A stretch of DNA of 32,000 bases. Origin: Psychrobacter cryohalolentis K5. GTDB taxonomy: Bacteria; Pseudomonadota; Gammaproteobacteria; Pseudomonadales; Moraxellaceae. The translations under genes and the position numbers were made by a program. The DNA lies in assembly GCF_000013905.1 (NCBI RefSeq), contig NC_007969.1:480001-512000 (forward strand), read 5' to 3'. This document shows, piece after piece, positions 6,796-14,216 of this stretch (positions are counted from its first letter, which is position 1; each line of letters begins with the position of its first letter). The notes under the pieces were generated by a model. That model did not search any database. It saw nothing but the letters and a program-made list of their open reading frames with translations, and had not been told where the DNA came from.

Positions 6796-9631
6796 AGTGG
6801 CGCACCTCTCCATCACCGCTGACGTTGGTTACACAGCGCGCACATAATTCTGGATGTGCGCTATCTGTGCCAATGTCATCACGGATATGCCAACAGCGCA
6901 CACACTTGGTGCCCGCTGCAGCATTCACTTCGACGACTAAATCTGCCGCTGCACTATTACTATCCGCTTGCTCATCTGTGCTTGCTACATTAGCAGGGGC
7001 AGTGTTCAAAGGCTTTAAAGTTGCGCTACTGGTAATAAGGACAAAACGCAGCTCTTCGCCAAGCTTAGCTAGGCTTTCATGCATAGCGCCATCAGCATAT
7101 AGACTGACGTCAGCAGATAAGTTGGCATTGATGATTTTCTCACCACGTGCAGTTTCGATATGTTTATTAACCATATCTTTTGCGAGCATGATACGTTGCC
7201 AGTCATCATTGCTAATAGCGCTCAGCTCAAACTCTGGGAAGGTGTACCATTCTTCAGTGAATACATAGCTATCAGTGCCATGCAATACTTCCCATGCTTC
7301 TTGCGCCGTAAAGGATAAAATCGGTGTAATCCAGCGAATCAATGCTTCAGCAATATGGTAAATCGCTGTTTGTGCAGATCGGCGCGGCTGCCCGTCAGTT
7401 TGTGTGGTGTATTGACGGTCTTTGATAATATCCAAATAGAAGCTGCCCAAGTCTTGCGAGCAAAACGCTGCAATAAGTTGAGTGACTTGGTGGAAGTCCA
7501 TCGCATCATAAGCACTGATGATTTGTGCTTGTACCGTTTGCGTACGCTCAATGATAAACTTATCGAGGCTGACCAGCTCATTAATATCAATGCTGTTGGT
7601 CATTGGATCGAAGTCATCGGTATTGGCAAGCAAGAAGCGCAAGGTATTTCGGATACGGCGATACATGTCGATTGCGCCTTTAAAGACGGTTTTACCAGCG
7701 CTCATCTCATAACGGTAGTCGCTTGATGCAATCCACAAACGCAACATATCCGCGCCTGTTTTGTTGATCTCTTCTTGCGGCGTGATGATATTACCCAGTG
7801 ATTTACTCATCTTGCGACCATTTTCATCAACCACAAAGCCATGAGTCAGGACTTGTTTAAACGGTGGACGCTCGTACATGGCTTCCGAGGTCAGCAACGA
7901 CGTCTGGAACCATCCACGATGTTGGTCGGAGCCTTCTAAGTACATATCAGCAGGGTTGGTCAGCTCGTCCCGTTGATCAAGTACGGCAAAATGTGTCGTG
8001 CCAGAGTCAAACCAAACGTCTAAGGTATCAGTCGCTTTATCATAATCAGCAGCTTCCGCGCCCAAGAAATCCTCACAGCTGGCATCAAACCATGCTTCTA
8101 CGCCACCTTCGTTGATTTTTTGTGCTGCCGTTTCCATCAGTTCAAGTGTATTTGGGTGTAGTTCACCCGTTTCTTTATGGGTAAAGAAAGTAATCGGTAC
8201 GCCCCACGTACGCTGGCGAGAGATGCACCAATCTGGGCGACCTGTCATCATAGATTCAATACGGTTTTGACCCCACGCTGGTGTCCATTGAACCGCTGGA
8301 ATATCAGCAAGTGCGCGCTCACGCAAACCTTGTGTTTCCATGCTGATAAACCACTGCGGCGTGGCACGGAAAATGATTGGCGATTTATGACGCCAGCAGT
8401 GCGGATAGCTGTGCTCAATTTTGGTATGGCTAACCAGATGACCGTTTTCGTGTAGGGCAGAGATGATTTGTGGATTGGCTTTATATATGTGCTCACCGGC
8501 AAATACCGCCGCGCTTTCTAAATAAACGCCCGTACCACTCACTGGATTTTCAACAGGCAAATTATATTTTAGACCAACGATATAATCGTCAAGACCGTGA
8601 CCTGGTGCCGTGTGTACCAAGCCAGTACCGCTGTCAGTCGTTACGTGATCGCCCAAGATTAATGGCACTTGGCGAGCTTCGATAAGCGGATGCTGAGCAT
8701 GTAGACCTTCAAGCTCACGACCTGATACGGTCGCTAAGACACCTTTATTCTCGAGCTTAAACTCACTTAACGCCGACTCAACCAAATCAGTCGCCAGTAG
8801 TAAGTTGCCGTTTTCCGTAGCGACCACACTATAGTCGTGCTCAGGATGGACTGCAATAGCTTGGTTAGCAGGCAATGTCCAAGGCGTCGTCGTCCAGATA
8901 ACGGCAGCGATATTGCTGTCTATTTCAGCCAATGCCGCAACTTTGTCACTGTCTACAATATCAAAGCTGACATAAATGGCGTCTGAGACTTTATCTTGAT
9001 ATTCAACTTCGGCTTCAGCCAATGCTGAACTACAGTCCAAGCACCAGTTGACCGGCTTCATACCGCGAGTTACGTGACCATTGTCATAAATTTTGGCAAG
9101 GGCGCGCACGATATTGGCTTCTTGATGGAAGTTCATAGTCAGATAAGGATTGTCCCAATCACCAAACACACCCAGACGCTTAAAATCCGCCTTTTGTAAT
9201 TCGATCTGTGTGCTGGCATATTCACGACATAGACCACGGAATTCGGTTGCAGAAACCTTTTGACCGACTTTACCATGTTTGGCTTCGACTTTTTGCTCGA
9301 TAGGCAGACCGTGACAGTCCCAACCGGGCACATAAGGCGCATCAAAACCAGATAGAGTTTTTGATTTTACGATAATGTCTTTGAGTACTTTATTGACTGC
9401 ATGACCCAAGTGAATCTGACCGTTGGCGTATGGAGGACCATCATGCAAAATGTATTTGGTTGCCCCAGCACGTGCCGCACGAATTTTACCGTAAACATCA
9501 TCTGCTTCCCAAGCTGCTAGCCAATCTGGCTCACGTTTGGCAAGGTTTGCACGCATCGCAAACGGCGTGTCTGCAAGGTTTAGGGTGTCTTTATAGTCTT
9601 GGCTTGGCATATCAGTACTTTTATCAGTCAT
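6788..9631 (-). CDS. ileS: Isoleucine--tRNA ligase
   Basis: 947 aa with HIGH motif [11 protein letters not shown], a KMSKS motif, a CP1 editing region and the C-terminal Zn-binding motif CVRCWH...CARC. Confidence 0.98.
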   Translation of the reverse strand: MTDKSTDMPSQDYKDTLNLADTPFAMRANLAKREPDWLAAWEADDVYGKIRAARAGATKYILHDGPPYANGQIHLGHAVNKVLKDIIVKSKTLSGFDAPYVPGWDCHGLPIEQKVEAKHGKVGQKVSATEFRGLCREYASTQIELQKADFKRLGVFGDWDNPYLTMNFHQEANIVRALAKIYDNGHVTRGMKPVNWCLDCSSALAEAEVEYQDKVSDAIYVSFDIVDSDKVAALAEIDSNIAAVIWTTTPWTLPANQAIAVHPEHDYSVVATENGNLLLATDLVESALSEFKLENKGVLATVSGRELEGLHAQHPLIEARQVPLILGDHVTTDSGTGLVHTAPGHGLDDYIVGLKYNLPVENPVSGTGVYLESAAVFAGEHIYKANPQIISALHENGHLVSHTKIEHSYPHCWRHKSPIIFRATPQWFISMETQGLRERALADIPAVQWTPAWGQNRIESMMTGRPDWCISRQRTWGVPITFFTHKETGELHPNTLELMETAAQKINEGGVEAWFDASCEDFLGAEAADYDKATDTLDVWFDSGTTHFAVLDQRDELTNPADMYLEGSDQHRGWFQTSLLTSEAMYERPPFKQVLTHGFVVDENGRKMSKSLGNIITPQEEINKTGADMLRLWIASSDYRYEMSAGKTVFKGAIDMYRRIRNTLRFLLANTDDFDPMTNSIDINELVSLDKFIIERTQTVQAQIISAYDAMDFHQVTQLIAAFCSQDLGSFYLDIIKDRQYTTQTDGQPRRSAQTAIYHIAEALIRWITPILSFTAQEAWEVLHGTDSYVFTEEWYTFPEFELSAISNDDWQRIMLAKDMVNKHIETARGEKIINANLSADVSLYADGAMHESLAKLGEELRFVLITSSATLKPLNTAPANVASTDEQADSNSAAADLVVEVNAAAGTKCVRCWHIRDDIGTDSAHPELCARCVTNVSGDGEVRHYA

Positions 9632-10201
9632 AGAAGGCGTCTTTTAGAATGGTGATGAAAATGTAAATTGAATTAAAAAGTGCGTGTAAAGCTGGCTACA
9701 AAAGCTAAAGTAATAATTTGATTGAAAGTAGATAACACTCGCTATTATATGACAAAAAGAGTGGGGTAAGAAGAGCTGCCGAGTATCGTTTCTATGTCCG
9801 TCAAAACCGTCACAAAATTCATTTAACGAGCGATTGGTTGTTACTTTATATCTGCTAGGATAATAAAGGTGATAATAAATTGAGCAATCAATGTCCATGC
9901 TGTCTTCATGTGCAAGACAGCATCATATCACTATCGTCAGACAATCCCTACTTTCAGTAGTTGATGGTCGTTATTGATTTAACTGTTTTTATTCATTGAT
10001 TTCAATCTGCATCACATATCATATCCGATTCAATTCGATTTAAAGAAATGAAACATACACTTACTAATATGGGTTTATTAAGGTGTGAATACCACGCAAG
10101 CTCATATGACGTATAAAGCCGTAGCAGAAGCGCTAGATTATCAGTATAGAGAAATAGATGCTTTAGTTGGCTAGTTTTTATCTCAGCTGATTGTTTTAAA
10201 T

Positions 10202-10237
10202 AAAAAACCTGCCAGTCAAATGATTGGCAGGTTTTTT
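10202..10237 (-). terminator. Terminator of the GntR-family gene (symmetrical hairpin)
   Basis: AAAAAA-CCTGCCA...TGGCAGG-TTTTTT, 50 nt beyond the gene stop. Confidence 0.8.
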
Positions 10238-10287
10238 AATGTAAACGGCTTTAGAGGGTGCTACAAGTGCATTTCTATTACCAATAC

Positions 10288-11004
10288 TCAAGCAGGCACG
10301 ATAGTCAGCTGCTCGGCTAAGCTAAAGAAAGGTTTTGCTGCGCATTTGAAGTCTAGGCTAGATTCTAAGTGATTCAAGTGTTGATTAATCAGCAATAACA
10401 GACCTTCTTCATCCCTGTTTTCAATGGCATTTACCATGCCAAGATGTTCGTCTTCAGCGCAGTTAGATGAGCCAACTTTGTTATATAGCCCAATGATTAG
10501 CGTGGTACGTAAGGTAAGTTCACTCAAAAACCGCTCTAAAACTGTATTGCCTGAAATCATTGCCAACTGCATATGGAAAGTGCGAGATAGGCGTAGCTCC
10601 GCGGGCTTATCACCTTGCGCCCGCGCGTCAGCTTCGGCAGCTATCGTAGCACGCATGTCAGCAATGTCTTGCAGCCTGGCATTTTTGATTACTTTACGGG
10701 CGAGTGTACGCTCAATCGTGCGCCGTGCTTCAAACACATCACCTGCTTCTTTCGGTGACGGAGTTGAAACAAAAGCGCCTCGGTTGGGCTGTAATTGCAC
10801 CACATGCATCGTTGCAAGGGTAGAGAGTGCTCGCCTCACATTGGCTCTATTGCAGTTAAACAAGTCACTCAGCATCTGCTCGCCAAGCTTTGTTCCAGCG
10901 GGCAAGCGTTGCTCTGACACCGCAGCGGTGATGGAGTTAATAATGGTTTGCTCGGGTATTTCATCAAGCACAGGAACTGTTTTTTTGGTTTTCTCTATTT
11001 TCAT
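10288..11004 (-). CDS. GntR-family transcriptional regulator, FadR/FCD subfamily
   Basis: N-terminal winged HTH (LPAGTKLGEQMLSDLFNCNRANVRRALSTLA), then an all-helical FCD-like C-domain (FHMQLAMISGNTVLERF...EHLGMVNAIENRD...HL). Confidence 0.85.
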   Translation of the reverse strand: MKIEKTKKTVPVLDEIPEQTIINSITAAVSEQRLPAGTKLGEQMLSDLFNCNRANVRRALSTLATMHVVQLQPNRGAFVSTPSPKEAGDVFEARRTIERTLARKVIKNARLQDIADMRATIAAEADARAQGDKPAELRLSRTFHMQLAMISGNTVLERFLSELTLRTTLIIGLYNKVGSSNCAEDEHLGMVNAIENRDEEGLLLLINQHLNHLESSLDFKCAAKPFFSLAEQLTIVPA

Positions 11005-11011
11005 AGACGCA

Positions 11012-11040
11012 ATTATAGTGTGCGACTGTTATCGCTACAA
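11012..11040 (-). promoter_or_regulatory. Candidate sigma70 promoter giving a leaderless gntR-family mRNA
   Basis: On the reverse strand: TTGTAG, 17 nt, then a perfect TATAAT, then 7 nt (TGCGTCT), then the ATG. There is no SD before the ATG. Confidence 0.4.
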
Positions 11041-11064
11041 CAAATATTAAAAAAATAGATTGTT

Positions 11065-11103
11065 TTGTTAACAATAATAGTTAACAATGATTGTTAACAA
11101 ATA
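11065..11103. promoter_or_regulatory. Triple tandem 13-bp operator-like repeat containing the palindrome TTGTTAACAA
   Basis: TTGTTAACAATAA / TAGTTAACAATGA / TTGTTAACAAATA at 11065, 11078 and 11091. The GT-N-AC core fits the general GntR-family operator pattern. It lies in the divergent region between the regulator and the racemase gene. Confidence 0.55.
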
Positions 11104-11157
11104 TGAGATACTGCTGATCTGTGAATAATGACGATAACCTATGAATAGCGAGGCTCT

Positions 11158-11856
11158 ATGAAAATTCTAGTGATGAACCCAAATTCGACCACTTCTATGA
11201 CCGATAAAATCGTTGAAAGCGCGCGTCAAAAAGCCAGTGCAGGTACGACCATTATTGGCGCTTCTGGAACGGATTCGCCTGCATCTATTCAAGGGCATCA
11301 TGATGAAGCGCTCTCTGTCCCTGGTTTGATTAAACGCTTACAACAAGCGGAACAAGAAGGAATTGATGGTGTGGTCGTTGCCTGCTTTGATGACCCAGGT
11401 ATTGGTGCTTGCCGCGAAGTGTTTTCAGGTCCAGTTATTGGAATTTGTGAAGCAGCGGTCAAAGCCGCTAGTATGATTTCAACCTCTTTTAGTGTAGTCA
11501 CCACTTTGCCACGTTCCGTACCTGTGATTGAAGATTTGATTCATGGTTATGGTTTATCTCATCGCTGTAGAAAAGTACGCTCTGCTGCCATACCCGTGCT
11601 TGCTCTTGAGGAAGCTGACTCTGGTGCCCGTGAAAAAGTTCGTGATGAAATTTTACGTGCAGTACGTGAAGACAACTGCGAAGCGGTGGTTTTGGGCTGT
11701 GCTGGGATGGCAGACCTAACAGAATGGCTGACTGCAGAAACGGGTGTGCCTGTGATTGATGGTGTGACTGTGGCTACTCGTATGATTGAGGCACTGGTTG
11801 GCTGTGGTCTAAAAACCAGTAAAATTGGCGCCTATGCAACACCTATCCAGCATTAA
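11158..11856 (+). CDS. Asp/Glu/hydantoin racemase family protein (hydantoin or allantoin racemase-like)
   Basis: MKILVMNPNSTTSMT N-terminus. Two Cys sit in the expected contexts, VVVAC(76)FDDPG and VVLGC(181)AGM, the positions I recall as catalytic in hydantoin racemases. SD GAGG lies 5 nt before the ATG. Confidence 0.8.
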   Translation: MKILVMNPNSTTSMTDKIVESARQKASAGTTIIGASGTDSPASIQGHHDEALSVPGLIKRLQQAEQEGIDGVVVACFDDPGIGACREVFSGPVIGICEAAVKAASMISTSFSVVTTLPRSVPVIEDLIHGYGLSHRCRKVRSAAIPVLALEEADSGAREKVRDEILRAVREDNCEAVVLGCAGMADLTEWLTAETGVPVIDGVTVATRMIEALVGCGLKTSKIGAYATPIQH

Positions 11857-11921
11857 ATAAATAGAGATGGACGAAACAGCTATTAACCAATAAATATTCA
11901 ACATTCTCAAGGAAGGAGAAG

Positions 11922-13283
11922 GTGATGGACAATATTCAAGGAGCCGTTGCTACGGCAGGCGTAAAAACAATAGAGCATAAAGGGGTTGGTGAAGAGAGCC
12001 TAGCGCCGCAAACCACACGAATTATGGGCTCTTGGTCTTATTTATTTACTTGGTTAGGTGGGTGTGTCTCTATTGGTACCTTCACCGTTGGGTCAGGTTT
12101 GGTTGGTACCCTTAACTTATTACAAGTAGTGCTAGCAATCGCCATTGGTTGTACGGTTATTGGTGCAGCGCTCATGATTAACGGTCGCGCAGGTCATAAA
12201 TATGGCATCCCGTTTATGGTGCAAAGTCGTTCATCTTTTGGTTTCACTGGTAGTCGCATACCAGCACTGGTGCGCTCTGTACCTGCGATTGTCTGGTTTG
12301 GCTTTCAGAGCTGGATTGGTGCTGGTGCATTAAATTTGGTGTCTGATGCTTTGTTTGGCTACAGCAATATAGTCGTCTTCTTTGTTGGTTTTCAGTTTTT
12401 ACAAATTGGTCTGTCCGTTTTGGGTTTTCATGGTATCAAATGGCTTGAAAACATTGGCTCAATTTTTATTATTGGTTCACTGATTTACATGTTTATTAGT
12501 GTGATTAATAAATATGGTGATGTGATTTCAACCAATCTTATCAATACAGAAGGGACTTGGGGAGCGCCATTTTGGGGCGCAACCATGCTGTTTTTAGGCG
12601 TTTACAGTACGATGATGCTTAACGTCTCCGACTATTCGCGTGAACTAAAAGAAGATGTTGGTCTTTTTCGTCAAGTAGCCATCTATGCCAACTCTATCCT
12701 ACCTGCAACATTGTTTATGGGTCTAATTGGTGTGATGGTGACCAGTGCGACTGGTGAAGTTGATCCTATCAAGGTATTTTCTAGCGCCGTTGATAACAAA
12801 CCTTTATTAATCATTACGATGCTTTTCATTGCTTTTGCGCAGGTCACTACCAATATCTTAAACAACGTCGTACCGCCTGCTTATGCATTAATGGATATCT
12901 TCAAAATTAAGTATAAAACCGCTGCAGTTATTGTTGGGTTGCTTGCCTTTGGAACATTCCCTTGGGAGCTAGTAAAAGATGAATCTGCTGCGGGATTAAA
13001 CTTATTTATTCAAACTTACTCAGCATTTTTAGGTCCTATATTTGCCATCTTAGTCGTTGACTACTATTTCTTACGTAAGCAAAAGCTGGATCTTGACAAG
13101 CTATATGATGAGAACGGTCCCTATAAGGGCGTCAACATGGCAGCTGTTATCGCTATGGTAGTGGGGATTGTAGTCGCTCTACTATTCTCAAGTATCTCTT
13201 GGTATGCAAGCTTAATTCCAGCAGGCGCTATCTATTGGATCTTGATGTTAAAGATGCCGGCTGCACAGCGTTTTATGTCATAA
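11922..13283 (+). CDS. NCS1 family nucleobase/allantoin/hydantoin:cation symporter
   Basis: 12-TM protein whose length and pattern (GSWSYLFTWLGG..., FGFTGSRIPALVRS..., NVSDYSRE) are typical of cytosine/allantoin/hydantoin permeases. Strong SD GGAAGGAGAAGG. The start is GTG 11922 or ATG 11925. Confidence 0.85.
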   Translation: MMDNIQGAVATAGVKTIEHKGVGEESLAPQTTRIMGSWSYLFTWLGGCVSIGTFTVGSGLVGTLNLLQVVLAIAIGCTVIGAALMINGRAGHKYGIPFMVQSRSSFGFTGSRIPALVRSVPAIVWFGFQSWIGAGALNLVSDALFGYSNIVVFFVGFQFLQIGLSVLGFHGIKWLENIGSIFIIGSLIYMFISVINKYGDVISTNLINTEGTWGAPFWGATMLFLGVYSTMMLNVSDYSRELKEDVGLFRQVAIYANSILPATLFMGLIGVMVTSATGEVDPIKVFSSAVDNKPLLIITMLFIAFAQVTTNILNNVVPPAYALMDIFKIKYKTAAVIVGLLAFGTFPWELVKDESAAGLNLFIQTYSAFLGPIFAILVVDYYFLRKQKLDLDKLYDENGPYKGVNMAAVIAMVVGIVVALLFSSISWYASLIPAGAIYWILMLKMPAAQRFMS

Positions 13284-13302
13284 TTTTTTCAAATGTTTAG
13301 AC

Positions 13303-13341
13303 AAAAACCCTATAGCAGTGAGCTCTGCTATAGGGTTTTTG
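13303..13341. terminator. Bidirectional terminator (NCS1 / redoxin)
   Basis: AAAAA-CCCTATAGCAG...CTGCTATAGGG-TTTTT. Confidence 0.9.
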
Positions 13342-13377
13342 CGTGAGGTGCTAGACTAAGACTATTTAATTTCAGCC

Positions 13378-13929
13378 CTAAAAAACTGACGACAGCCACA
13401 GTCTTAGTTTTAATGACCATAATGGTTGAATGCCTGTAAGCCCTTGGCTCATCTCGCCATTTTTTAATATGACATAAGAGGGTGTGACTTGCCCTTGCCA
13501 ATCATCAAAGATAGCGCCTTCTTTATCGTTTACAGTATTAAAACTATAGTTGTTTTGCTTAAGATAGCTGTGTAACTCTTGGTCAGAGCCGGACTTGATA
13601 GCAACAGTAACGACTGGATAGTTATTTTCTGCAGCCAACGCATTAATATTCGGTGAGGTCACGCTACATATCGGACACCACGTACCCCAAAAATAGACCA
13701 GCGTGGGTTTATCCGCACTCATTGCTGCCAAATCAATACTATGCCCTTGATAATCCATCAATTGCAACTGTGGATCGGCTGGCATGACCGGCTGTCGCCA
13801 CCAGTTAACAGCAGTATAAATAATGGCAAATACCAAGCCGTAGAGCAGCACAGTTTTAATAAGTGACAGTGCTTTTTGCTTGGGTGTCTTTTTAGATCTC
13901 TCAGTCGTCTTGTCGATATCAGTCGTCAT
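13378..13929 (-). CDS. Membrane-anchored thioredoxin-fold thiol:disulfide oxidoreductase (TlpA/redoxin-like)
   Basis: N-terminal TM helix (VLLYGLVFAIIYTAVNWW) followed by a thioredoxin fold with the active site FWGTWCPIC. Confidence 0.8.
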   Translation of the reverse strand: MTTDIDKTTERSKKTPKQKALSLIKTVLLYGLVFAIIYTAVNWWRQPVMPADPQLQLMDYQGHSIDLAAMSADKPTLVYFWGTWCPICSVTSPNINALAAENNYPVVTVAIKSGSDQELHSYLKQNNYSFNTVNDKEGAIFDDWQGQVTPSYVILKNGEMSQGLTGIQPLWSLKLRLWLSSVF

Positions 13930-14120
13930 AGTGGCTGCTTTTTTGCTCGGTGGCTTTTATAAGTACAGTGAATTCAGTATTAAAGCGATACAGTAGGACT
14001 GGGATGAATTTTACGCAGCCTCTGTCGGCGTAAGCACAGCATGCCAGAAAAATTTATACCAGTACTGTGTTGGAACACAACGTATCTGTTTTATTTGGAA
14101 TTGACTATAGTTTTTAATAG

Positions 14121-14150
14121 ATAAAAATATACGGCTGAATAGTCAGCCGT
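14121..14150 (-). terminator. Terminator of the GNAT-CN hydrolase gene
   Basis: Reverse strand ACGGCTGA-CTAT-TCAGCCGT followed by ATATTTTTAT. Confidence 0.75.
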
Positions 14151-14216
14151 ATGATTAAAATATTAAGAGTCTCATTAATTAAGTATGCTATTAATTAACG
14201 GTTGGATAGTCCTCAC

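Noticed and set aside
9644-9898. 84-aa ORF in the ileS upstream region
   Set aside because: The sequence is Tyr/Phe/Ser/Cys-rich (MDIDCSIYYHLYYPSRYK...), has no SD, and runs across the likely ileS promoter and leader. It looks like an AT-rich chance ORF.
10089-10172. 22-29-codon ORF (…MTYKAVAEALDYQYREIDALVG) just before the terminator at 10202
   Set aside because: The protein-like fragment suggested a gene remnant or small HTH peptide. But the GTG is too close to its putative SD, the ATG has none, and I cannot match it to a family.
10424-11050. 208-aa plus-strand ORF covering almost the whole GntR-family gene
   Set aside because: It is antisense to a gene with clear HTH and FCD motifs. The product is Ser/Ala/Arg/Cys-rich with no motif and no SD, as expected for a shadow ORF in a locally GC-richer gene.
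14175-14198. Two TTAATTAA palindromes 16 bp apart, just downstream of the GNAT-CN hydrolase stop
   Set aside because: It is a short AT-only palindrome in AT-rich DNA and lies downstream of a gene rather than at a promoter. No further copies support a motif.
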